Below are positions 47,899 to 59,179 of a stretch of 64,000 bases of DNA, piece after piece. Origin of the DNA: Schizochytrium sp. TIO01 (Eukaryota; Protista; Bigyra: Labyrinthulomycetes); contig SMSO01000031.1 of assembly GCA_004764695.1 (NCBI GenBank), positions 6,492,761 through 6,556,760 of the forward strand, given 5' to 3'. Position numbers and translations under genes: made by a program. How positions within the stretch are numbered: the stretch's first letter is position 1; every line of letters begins with the position of its first letter. The notes under the pieces were generated by a model. That model was not told the DNA's origin, did no database searches, and saw only the letters and a program-made list of their open reading frames with translations.

Positions 47899-49258
47899 CT
47901 TGTTTAGTTCCTGTTTGGTCCTAAGTCGAGACAACAATAGTCTTTGCAAGGTATCACTGTCTTGCGTCCAACCTTCTCACTAGAAGCTAACCTTGCGCGT
48001 GCCAAGCTCAACAACTCCAACCTGTCGCTTGAGCTGTGGATTTGGATTTGGATTTGGATTTGAATTTGGATTATTTAGATTTAGGTTCAATCTTCTTTTT
48101 CTTTTTTTAATATAATAAAATTCCCTTCGAAACTTTAAACATCAACTTGAAGAAAGCGACAGTCCTAAAAGATTTTAACACACACAAAAATTAAAGGTAC
48201 AATTATTGTTAGTCTCAGTAGTACCGAGGTCACTCATATACCTATCTACCTATAGTAGCATCGATCAACTCGATTCTTTCTCCGCCTTTCATTCGTCTTT
48301 TTTGGCCATTTGCAGACCCAGTCCACTGCCTCCTACGCCTTCCAGTGTGCGCGTGAGGAAACTTTGCAATAAGTTTTGCGTTTCCCTCACTTAATCCGGA
48401 CAAAGCACGCCTGTCGCTACTGTGGCTCTGTTTGTGAGGAACATAGGTACTTCCTTCCTTCATCCCTTCTTTTTATCTTTTTAAGTGTTTTTAGTTTTCT
48501 TCGTAGTATTTTTGTTTTATACTTTGGATTTAGTTTGGATAAAACCCTTTTTCCCAAGTCTTCAGAAATTGAGCTCCAAGAACGTGAACTCCATCGCAAG
48601 CTTCGGACTCGAGGCCCGAGCTCGCGAGGAAACCTTTTGAGCTATCGCAATGGGTCTCCACGCCTCGTGGACCCAAGCCTCTCGATCTGCTGCGCATGCG
48701 CCTGTGCACAAACAAAGAAACACACACTCTTTTGGGTTGTTTTCATCTTCTCCTCGAAAGAAGGCCGCGAAGAGGGATGAGCATAGATCTCCAAAACTGC
48801 CTCTTCTTCAAGGAATCAATCAATCAATCCAAGGCTCCGTGCAATTCCCAAGAGTGACAGGCGGCAGGCAGCCAACCTTGTGGAGGCACGTCTTCTCTCT
48901 ACCTCTGCAAACTCGAGCGGAGCTTGGAGCGAGTCCAATCGACACGTAGCATCGAATTGAGTTCTGTGGCGATGAATGAATGAATGAATGAATGAATGAA
49001 TGATGTCTGTTCCAGATTTCGCCTCTCTTCTTTGCTCTTCTTTGTAGAAGACTAAAATCAGAACACATTGTATTGTTGTTCTTTCATTCATGAATAGACG
49101 CATACTTCTTCCCTCCCGTCGAGTGGACGAAGGAACTCTGCTCGTAAATGCGATCTTCGAATCTGCTCGCAGACCGCCTCAGCTACCGAAATGCGGAGCG
49201 GGATCGTCACATAGAGAGGCGGAAGAGTACCACGCTCGAGCCCAAGAGATGATGCGCG

Positions 49259-49326
49259 TTGCTTTGCTTTGCTTTGCTTTGCTTTGCTTTGCTTTGCTTT
49301 GCTTTGCTTTGCTTTGCTTTGCTTTG
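49259..49326. repeat. (TTGCT)n microsatellite
   Basis: About 13 units. Confidence 0.95.
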
Positions 49327-49945
49327 TTTAGTTTGCAATGCTGCTGTCTGTTTTTATTTATATTGCCACTGAGTATCGTTTCGATTCCTTTTAGTTCCTT
49401 TGCTTTATGCCATTCTATGCTACTCTGTTCTATATCCTTCTCTATTCTGTTTTATGAAGTGACTTGTGATGTGATGACATCAGCGAGATACGGAATCGAG
49501 GTGATAACCTTGGATCTTCGGTGCGTGGATTGCGAGATTGGAAAGGATCTTCGACAGATTGGACGGCTGGACACTTTGCAGACGCGAAGGTATCTTGGAC
49601 GTGAGGAAAAACAAACAGTCTCTAGGCATGTGATGCCAAACAAATTGCAATTTCTTTCTTTCTTTTTTTTATTGTTTCTGACAATTATAATTGATCAGCG
49701 AAAGAGAAAGAAGATAGCAGCTACTATCTGCGATCTGAATGGATATAGACAGCGTTGCGCCTTAAAGCCGCACGCTCCTGAGCTGGTTGAACGCATGGAA
49801 GTGCAATGCGACTACTCTGGTGGAGGGGGCTTTGACTTAGCATACAATTGCACGTCACGTTAAGCCTTTCTCACTCAACGCGGAGGAAACATAAGTCAAG
49901 ATTACCCAGAACAACCACCAAAAGGAGACTAAGGTTTGCTTACTA

Positions 49946-50011
49946 TTATTTATTTATTTATTTATTTGTTTGTTTGTTTGTTTGTTTGTTTGTTTGTTTA
50001 TTTATTTATTT
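49946..50011. repeat. Compound (TTTA)n-(TTTG)n-(TTTA)n microsatellite
   Basis: Seen directly. Confidence 0.9.
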
Positions 50012-50869
50012 ACATATCATGTATCTATAATAATAAAGATACTTCTTAATAGTATATTTTTATTTATTTCCAAAAAGAAAAAAGATATGCGATCTTCAGG
50101 CACGATCTCCAGGCTTGTTTGCAAATTAGAGGCTTTCGAGCGGTTGCCAAACAGTGATGGGCCCTCAAGAGCAATTCAGCGACGCAAACTCTGCATGAAT
50201 TGGCTCAAGATCTCCAGAAAGGATTAGGTTCCTATCGTGATGGTGTCCAGAAACAACTTCAAAGTATTTTATTTATACTTATCTCTCTTTGATTACTTAC
50301 ACTCAGGCTTCCTTTTTTTGGGTTAATAAATTAATTAATTCGATGGATGATAAATGACTTGAAAGAAAACAGAAAATAAAAAATGTTTTGGGTAATTTGT
50401 GTATGTGACTTTAGAAATGATGCTTTCATAAGGCAAACACAACTTTAAGGGAGACCCCTGGGGCAGGAAATCAAGTGCCCTGGCAGCAAGGCACCGTCTA
50501 GTTAGAGCTTCTTTTGGTGGGCGTGAGGGGTCCTGAAGAGCATGCCTACGACTCTTATCTGCCACGGTCCTACCCTCTTGCGTCCTCTAATTGAAGAGCG
50601 ATGTATAATGCGAAAGAAAGCCTTAGGGCGGAAGATTGATCGCTCACTTACTTCACGATTCCAATGTTTATTTAATCTTCTTTTTAGCTTCACTTTTTAC
50701 TTTTTACTCTTTAACCTTTTCCTTCAAAAAGTTTTATTTCTGTTCTCAGTTAGATGTAAAACCTTCAAGTTGTTCGCTTTGCTTGATCGATTGATCGATT
50801 GATCGCGATATAACCAGGCTCCCAGGCTATGAATGCTCTGTAAAGGGTGACGCGCCATCGACGCTGATG

Positions 50870-51380
50870 CTGAAGGCCGGTGTTGGTGGAGTTGCCCAAG
50901 CCAGAAGAATTAAGAAGTGCTCTCGGGGTTGTGCAAGTTGAGGTCTGCCGGGTTGCTCTTCTCCAGCCTGGGTGTGCTAAGGTTTCCTCTATACAAGGCT
51001 TTTCAAAACTAGAAAATGGGTTGCGCCAACGCCAAGTCTTACGAAGGTTTGGAGGCGGTGATTGATTAGATAGAACTTACGGTGCAGCAGAGATAGTGTT
51101 GAGCGCAAGCATGAAAGATCTTGACATGCCCGAATACGACCCCCTGCGAGGGAAGCTAATTGACGACCAAAAGAAAAACGAATGGCGAAAGAAAGTGGAT
51201 GAAAGATGAGAAGAACATCGCTTGCTTGGTGTGATAAGCAACATAGTCTGGCTTACCTTCTACGAACCCAATTAGGAAGACGAAGTCTGCCAAACCAGTT
51301 TACGAAACAAGAAGGTTTTGATCACATCCTCGTCACATACTCCGCTCCTCTCCAAATGCGACTTTTGTTATTTTATACCG
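50870..51380 (+). pseudogene. Possible decayed coding fragment of unknown family
   Basis: One frame reads protein-like for about 165 codons with three isolated stops; no family recognised. Confidence 0.25.
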
Positions 51381-52841
51381 CAAACTGAGCAAAGATCAAC
51401 ACAGCACCATCCACGAACATACGATTGCGTCCAGCTGCGGGCTGTAGTGCATGCATGCTCTATGAATATATAAGGGACTCCTTTCTCGCAAATGTGGAAA
51501 CCCACTCGTCAGTTCAGCAGCCAGGTTTTAATGAAGTTATCATAACCTCAGGGCCAATGACCAGACAGCCACCTGCATATAGCGTTTTGAGCGCTCAATG
51601 CCAATACGGGCCTTCAAGATACATCTTGCAATCAAAGAGTTACATGACTCTACACAGGCGAAAACTGTTTGCGCTACAGTTTAACTTCGTATTTTACACA
51701 CTACCTGCTGTGCTCTTCTCAAGACCATCGGTCCTCCCACCATGCTAATAGAATCAAACTTGCTCGGCTCGCTACCCGTCAGTTTCTTGCACTGTCACTG
51801 ACCTCCGTCTAAGAACCTTTTCTTTGTCCCATCTAGCACATATCTTCTGTGGTGGCCATCCACGTAACTCACTCTTCTCAGCAGAGTTAATGTATTCATT
51901 GAATCTTGTTGCGTTGTGAAGTTTCTTCATTGACAACTGCATCATTTCGTTTGGCCCACTGTAGCCCACGCATAATCGATGGGAGTGGCATTTGCAGCTG
52001 TATAAGCTCGCTTCTGTCGAGGTCCGCTTGTGCACGCGCTCTTCTTCATAAGAAATCACGTCATCGTGGTTGTTGTCTCTGTAAGTCTTCTACCTCTTAT
52101 GGTGTTCTTATAAGGCTCTATTCGAGGCCATCTCTGCCACCCTTTACAAAGCACGATGAATAACTAAATGATCAACTAAGTGCGTGGTAGTGGGAACTGA
52201 TCTTGATCGACTCACGTAACAGGCCAGGAGGGACGAGGATAACTAAAACTAATTAATGTCTTCTGCCGTCCTAGATCGAAGACGAGCATCATCGACAACA
52301 ACACATTTGGTTGCGCTGTTGAATGTTGTGGATACACCCGTAAACCAGTTCAGCTTCTTTGAGGTAGTCTTGGTTAGTTTTTATAAAAGGTGTCGATTAT
52401 CAGTGCCTGTCTACAGTGGAGGGTTGTTGTGGTTGTTTAACAGAGCAAAAGTGGAGTCAACAGAGAAAACTCCACTTACGAGACCGAAATAGTCTACTTT
52501 GGAAGCACGCCCGAAAGTGAAGAATGTCGGTATCAGCAGTGATTCAGGGCCATAGCCACAGCACCAACTTCGCGCGAACGAGTTTTATGTACACTATAAC
52601 CCCTACCTACCTAGTCATATAGTCCTATAGTTAGTTAGTTAGTTGGTTAGTTTCGTTTTTTAGTGATTTTTTTGTTTGTTGAATGGGGAAAGAAAGGGAA
52701 GAAGAGGACGAAATGAATGAATGAATGAAATCCACTGAGGTCGCTTGAACTTGCGACCAAAACCTCTGCCGCCCGCCCTAGAGCGAGCGAGCGAGCTAAG
52801 CTGGCCGCTCTGTCAACGCAGCCAACCTCACCTTAGCGACG

Positions 52842-54314
52842 ATGTTTGGCGTCTGGCGTTCTGCCGCCGCCGGTCTTCGGACCGTGGCTGGTCGCCGCTC
52901 CGTGGCCGTCGCGCAGCGGTCCTCATCCACCGCGTCGTCTGCTGCTGCACCTTCTGCGTCGCCGTCTGCGGCACCGCTCTCCAAAGCAGCTCTCAACGTA
53001 GCTGCATCACCGGCATCAGCAGCAGCAAGCGCTGAGCCAAAGAAAAAGTCTTTCCAGGCCGGTGCTCTCGCTGCCTGTGCCGGAGTTTGGGCCCTCGGTG
53101 GTGCTCTTTTGTACGGTGTTATCTGCGTAGAGACCTCTCCTGCGGCAAAGACCGAAGAGGCCGAGATCGGCGATGACGAAAAGGAGGTTCTCACATCCAA
53201 GTTCACCTACTACAGCGGCCGCAAGCTCGCAGACCCCTCCAAGGTCATGCTCTTCGCAGGTAGCGGAAACACCGCCCTTGCAAAGGACGTCGCGCAGTAC
53301 CTCGGAGTTAAACTTGGCAACATCGACCTGTCCAGATTCGCTGATGGAGAATGCTCGATCAAGGTCAACGAGAATATTAGAGGTAAGCACGTGATTATCG
53401 TGCAGTCTACGTGCCCCCCCAACTTGAACGATGCGCTCATGGAGCTTCTGCTCATGATTGCCACCATGCGGAGGTCCTCGGCGAAGACGATTACTGTAGT
53501 CATGCCATATTGCGGATATGCCCGCAGTGACGCCAAGAGGGGCCGTGAGAGATCTCCGATCGCGGCAAGGGATACCATGGCAATGCTTGAGACCATGGGA
53601 GCTGATAGACTGGTATCGATTGACATGCACTCAGGACAAATGCAAGGATTTCTGTCCCCGGCGGTGCCAAGTGATAACATTACGGCAATCAAGGTCGGAG
53701 CGTTGTACTTTGCAGAGAGACTCAAGAATGCTGACAACGCACGCAACGTAGTTGTAGTGGCGCCCGATGAAAAGGCAGTGAGCCGTGCTAAGGAGTTCTG
53801 GCAGGTACTTTTGGAGAAGGGCATTCCTGAAGCGAGGTTTGCAATGGTACTCCGCAAACCGAACCTTGAGGACAAGGAGCGCAAACAGCGCCCGTCCGGG
53901 TCTGCGTCCGCATCATCAGATGTAGAAAGTACATCTCTTGAGCACGAAATTGTCGGAGATGAGGCCGCCATTGAGGGTTGTGATGCCATTATTGTGCAGG
54001 ATATTGTCGACTCTGGCCAGTCCATGTGCAACTCAGCCAGTGCACTCAAGGCCAACGGTGCACGCCACGTCTATGGTTTCGCAACTCACGGACTCTTCTC
54101 CAACAATGCGCTTGACCGCATCGAGCGTGCTCCCATCGACCACATTGTCGTTTCCAACACGGCCTCGACCGCAGCGACCTTTGAGGATAAGCCCGCCGAA
54201 AAGGTGACCTGGATCTCAATTGCTCCTCTCCTCGCTGAGGTACTCCGTATTATTTCTGACAAGGAGTCGCTTAACCCCATTTTTAGCTTGCCCAAGGAGC
54301 CAGAACAGAACTGA
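52842..54314 (+). CDS. Ribose-phosphate pyrophosphokinase (PRPS) family protein with N-terminal extension, 490 aa
   Basis: FADGECSIKVNENIRG, LNDALMELL, GYAR, IDMHSGQMQGF, ATHGLFS; several catalytic motifs are divergent. Confidence 0.9.
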   Translation: MFGVWRSAAAGLRTVAGRRSVAVAQRSSSTASSAAAPSASPSAAPLSKAALNVAASPASAAASAEPKKKSFQAGALAACAGVWALGGALLYGVICVETSPAAKTEEAEIGDDEKEVLTSKFTYYSGRKLADPSKVMLFAGSGNTALAKDVAQYLGVKLGNIDLSRFADGECSIKVNENIRGKHVIIVQSTCPPNLNDALMELLLMIATMRRSSAKTITVVMPYCGYARSDAKRGRERSPIAARDTMAMLETMGADRLVSIDMHSGQMQGFLSPAVPSDNITAIKVGALYFAERLKNADNARNVVVVAPDEKAVSRAKEFWQVLLEKGIPEARFAMVLRKPNLEDKERKQRPSGSASASSDVESTSLEHEIVGDEAAIEGCDAIIVQDIVDSGQSMCNSASALKANGARHVYGFATHGLFSNNALDRIERAPIDHIVVSNTASTAATFEDKPAEKVTWISIAPLLAEVLRIISDKESLNPIFSLPKEPEQN

Positions 54315-57300
54315 TCATTGAGCGCACGGATCTACTTCCCCCCCCCTCCCTTCAACAAAACATTACAAAACCAAAATACCCTAGGTAATTACACGAAGCA
54401 AATACATCGCATTCATCCCCCCCGATGTAGGATTCTTGGGGAATGTATGATTTTTATTCTTCATTACCCATGTTCAAGTCACCCATCTTGATCCACGCAA
54501 TATGACCAGCTGGCCAGTTCTCCCTAGCTCGCATGCTCGTCATATCTGCCCTTTTGTAGATGTTCAACATTTTTTGCTTTGCTCGTGCAGGGCTGGCTGC
54601 CTCTAGCTGAAGCTATTGCCTCTCATGAGACACAAGATTGTCTAACGGTCTGCCATATGATAGACATTTAGAACAACTAACTTGGCTGACTTTGGCCATC
54701 TAATGGTTAGACATTTTCGTTCTTTTTGTTTCCATCTTTTCCTCTCAAAGAAGGAGAAAACGTTTCATCATGTCAACTGTGTAGTACACTGCATGCCATA
54801 AGTATTGGTTAGGTTTATAGCCAACTAAATGTGCAGTTCTGATCATAAAATGTTTCTGTTGTATCAATGCGGAACTTCAGCGCAAACTCCTGGTTATCTT
54901 GATGGTCTAATACGCAGGTGTAATAGATTATTATAAGAAACTACTATTCTTACTCAAAATACCGTGCTTGCGTCTGCACATGTGAGTACTGACAAGAGAC
55001 ATGACTAAGCTCATTTAGAGTAAGGGAAGCTTTCTTCAATAAATCATTTGTTTAAATTTGTACCGCCTGAGCTTGAACATCACCGCGATGCGTTTCAAGG
55101 TGCCGGAAGTGAATATGATCTTAAACATTGAAAAATAAGTGAAATATTTGTATTTTTTGAGGAATATGAATTAACGAAGTTTACAGTAATAAAATGTGAT
55201 CTCCATCTAACAACTTTTAACTTTTAATGCACTGAATGAACGACACTAAGGTCGCATTTGACGATTTAAGTTGTCTAATGTAAAGGAGCCTCTGATAAAC
55301 CACAGAACAGTCATTTGGAGGTGGTAGGTATGCGTGATTGTATGTACATACATGATCCGTATTTGCATGAGTTCGATGTTCTTGCTGCTATTACTTGTGC
55401 AAGTCAGTACTAGCATTGCTATGACAAGGAGAAGTAATTATAAAACTATGTTGAAATGCTGAAGATAGGGACCTTGAACACGGCACATTTCTTCAGAATA
55501 ATCCATATTTCTATATTCGAATTTATGATTTGTAATTCATTATTTGGCAGAGCTAGAAGTAGTCTACCTTTAACTTACCAAAGAAAGAAAAGAGACTCGT
55601 CTTAGCTATATCCTTAGCGTACGTCACCATTTTGTTGGATAGCTCTAGGCACTATATCATTCAGATGTCACATAGAAAAGCAATTATCTTGCAAACATTT
55701 TTTCCATGCAAATGCCTTGTCGTAGATATGAATAAATTTTCGATGTAGTTACAATGGTTTTCTAGAGAGAGGATGGTTACCTTTAGTATGTACAATCCCT
55801 CAATAGAAAAGTGGTCAATAGGATTATCCAAAGTGACCTGCACTTATATGCCACAGTATGTACCAAGTTGCCCTGAGCTAAAGACCTTTATTAGAGTTCT
55901 ATTGTTCTTTGGTAGTATCGAAATACTCAATTCAAAAGACAAGAAATAGTTTATCTTATTTAAGAAGAACTTATTTAAGAACTCTTTTCGATGTTATCAA
56001 GTCTCCATTTGAACATGTCTTAAATCCGTCCTCTTTGTGTCGCAGATGCGATTAATCATGAAACGCCATTCCCAAGTCCTGCTGGTATCTATTTTCTCTC
56101 AGATTGTTGCTGTTCATGATAAATCTGAACGTACACCGTTCCGAATTAGATTGCTTGCTTTTTCAAGATAAAGAGAATATTTGAACAGGAATAACTCTTC
56201 CAACTTGCTTCTGTGAGTAAATTGGAGACATCTCTAGAATACAGGATGATATAGTCTCTTCACTAACAGCTGTATTAGATGTAATATGTACCCACTAGCG
56301 TCTCCTAAACTTATGTACGTATAATCACACAAGTGGTAATTAGAATCTGTCCAAGGGTCTAGTTTTACAAATTCAGACCACATTGCCTTCACCATTGTAC
56401 AAATATGTGAAAAGCATTTGGATGCTATTGAAAAATTGCGACAAGCATTTGAACGTGCGACCATTTTTATATATCCTTGCTTGAGAATAGCTTATCAGGC
56501 TCTCAACAATAGAAACAGTTATTGTAGCACTTGTTGAGGAAAATACCGAAATCAGAATTATGGTCCATGCTATGCTCGATTTGTGCTTCCAGAGTAGATA
56601 GTTCATTAAAGCGCTACTGCATACTCTTGTGAACCATCTTCAAACAGACCAAGCCGAATGCAAGCTTTGATAACATCTTGACGAACCTTCACAACGTCTC
56701 TTAACAGCCTGAATGAGTCCAAGATCTTGACACGACAAACTCTCGCAATCAGATAGTATCTGAGATGAAGAAAATCGAATTGCTTGTCTTTGAACAGATG
56801 TAGTTGAAGCACCAGCATTTCGTTCAACCGCCTGAAATCACAAAATCTTTGAGTATATCCAAGCCTTCATTTCTTCCCTCTATCCAATATTTCATTCTTA
56901 TTCGGCTAGTCATTCCAAAGCAAACTGGGAAGGCTCTAGGTCAGATGTGACCCATTTCATAAACGTGCCATCCAAGTTTCCATCCATGTCCGTCTTCTCC
57001 TAACTAGGCTATCCATAACAACGATCCATCCACACACTTATCAGGTTACTAATCATGTCATCTCTGTTGCTAAGTAGGTAGTTAGTCGCACCTTGCTTCA
57101 CAATGGCTGCGAGTCCTCCTTCAACTGCGCAACTCTTTTCACGTCTATTTGTAAGTCCTCCTAGTACCCCCTTCGGTCCTTCTTCCTATCTCTCCCTGCT
57201 GTTTTACTTCACTCATTAATCCATAGGCCCTCTTACCACCTCGCAATAGTACTTACCCAGTCTGTCCCCTTCAGCTCACACCTTCCATTGATTCCCTGTG

Positions 57301-57504
57301 TTCCCCGGTTTGACTCCTACTCGTAAAACCCTATGGTTAATTCTAGCCCCGAATCGCTCAATACCCTAACCCGAGTTTGGTACACTATTTTGGTCTTGGT
57401 ACCACTGCCCTTTGTTTTTTCGTGGCCGCGAGGGGCGGGGAATGCAGGGAACGAATGAGGGAGGCAAAGGAATTGAAAAGCAGAGACAGGAAAGTCGAAC
57501 GAAG

Positions 57505-58250
57505 GTAGGTGGAGCGAGCATGAGCTGCGCAAGTGGACCTTGCGGGCTGCGTGGAGGCGTTAGAAGCTGCGTGGAGGCATCTAGAGGCGGCTACTTCGTC
57601 CCTTTGAGGGTCTTCGCTGTTGGAGTAACCTTTGGTAGGGATGCGACGGCGATGATGGCGATGATGGCCTCATGAGTGGACGCCAAGGTGGCCACAACAC
57701 CCTTTGGACTATGGAAACTGAAGCTACGACGACAACTGGAGACATCAGCGGCATATATCGATGGAGGAGGAGACACCTGCAATCTGCGAGAAGACTAGAA
57801 TTGGGCAAGAATGCTGTCTACAGAAAAGTGCCTGCTGAGGACACCTTTAGGTTTTCATTAATATGCTTTGCGCTTGCACATGCTATTTATCACACGCGAG
57901 CTCCGAAAAGATATCTAATGATCTTTGTTGTGGAACATTGGTCGTGCGAGAGAGATGTTGAGGACGTGGAGAAGGTGATTGGCAGCTCCTGGCGGTGCTT
58001 CTCGTATATGATGCTGTCGTTGAGATTTCCTGGGATTGTTGACGTGTTATTTATGCTAGAGATAATGACATGGTGGCGCTTTGGTTTCATTTGGGGCTAA
58101 GCTGTGTGGATGTTAAGATTGATTTGAAGAACTAGATGAACTGACGTTAATTGATTCACCCATTGTGTCTGACTCTTTGTGATGGATTGTGGATTTCTCG
58201 TGGTCGTTTACAACTCTATATAGCCCTCTGCTTGTCAACTTGCTATTCAG
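57505..58250 (+). other. Probable 5'-UTR intron of RPS29
   Basis: AAG|GTAGGT donor candidate at 57505 and TTCAG/CAG tandem acceptor at 58250/58253, just upstream of the ATG. Confidence 0.35.
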
Positions 58251-58267
58251 CAGTTAACTAGGACATC

Positions 58268-58432
58268 ATGACGGACCTCCAGAACACCCACCCCCGCAAG
58301 TACGGCAAGGGCTCCCGCCAGTGCCGTGTCTGCGCTTCCCGCTCTGGTCTTATCCGCAAGTACCACCTCAACATGTGCCGTCAGTGCTTCCGTGAGCGCG
58401 CCACCGACATCGGCTTCAAGAAGTACAGGTAA
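58268..58432 (+). CDS. RPS29: 40S ribosomal protein S29 (uS14), 54 aa; not in the ORF track
   Basis: Translates to [54 protein letters not shown], with C-x2-C...C-x2-C zinc finger and strongly C-ending codons. Confidence 0.97.
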   Translation: MTDLQNTHPRKYGKGSRQCRVCASRSGLIRKYHLNMCRQCFRERATDIGFKKYR

Positions 58433-59179
58433 ATCGAGGGATAGAGATTGATGAAGCGAGGTTCCTGACCCCGCTTGCGTCTCTGTTTTTCGCAGGTCGT
58501 TTCGGGTCAGCAACTGCGTAAATGATGCTATTTTGGATCGATCTATGAATGATTGGACTTCAATATTAAAACTTTATCGCTTCAAACTTGATTATGACAG
58601 ACCACTGCCGTGGCAAAGACTCTACTTCTCATAGTAAGAGTGGAGACCTTGCAAGTCTTCTAAAGCATATCCTTCGGCAGGTGTCTCCCCAAGGAAATAT
58701 CAGCATCCAAATCTTCTTCTTGATTTCAAATATCTATCATGGTATTGACTTGTCTTGTTTTATCCAATGGAAATTGGTTTTAGCTCGTTGTGAATATTAC
58801 ACTTCTGTCCAGCCCTTAGTCAATGTGTTTAATTTGTTTCTTGGGAAGCTTGAAGGTTCCAGTTCTGTCTAGCACACTGTTAGGAAAATCATCATTCCCT
58901 GATTAGAAAATACTTCTGATTTTAAGACTCTATATTCGGGTAGGTCAACATCTTACCTCAAAGATCGACTGGATAGATGGACATTTGTGTTCGGATACAC
59001 CATAGGAACTAGAAAAAAAAATACAGCATTACACTTATTTGGATTATGGGCGTGAGAATAGTAGTTCGCTAACAAGGGCGGATCAATCTTGGTGGCCAGG
59101 ATCTTGGAACGATCTTTCTTGTCTAAACATGACGTGTTTTCATTGAGAGTTTTGTTTCAGCTCGGCGCCTTAGACTGGT

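Noticed and set aside
47014-47907. 297-aa ORF antisense to ureG, and similar antisense ORFs over PINX1, the nucleoporin, PRPS and RPS29
   Set aside because: Expected by-product of biased codon usage on the coding strand; no motifs
49090-49863. 257-aa ORF
   Set aside because: Runs through a (TTGCT)n repeat and T-rich low-complexity sequence; no recognisable domain
58118-58173. Possible C/D snoRNA in the RPS29 leader intron (TTGAAGA...CTGA...CTGA)
   Set aside because: Only an 8-nt rRNA complementarity could be recalled; too weak without snoscan
58445-58485. SECIS-like ATGA hairpin after RPS29
   Set aside because: No 3' GA of the quartet, no AA loop motif and no in-frame UGA in the gene
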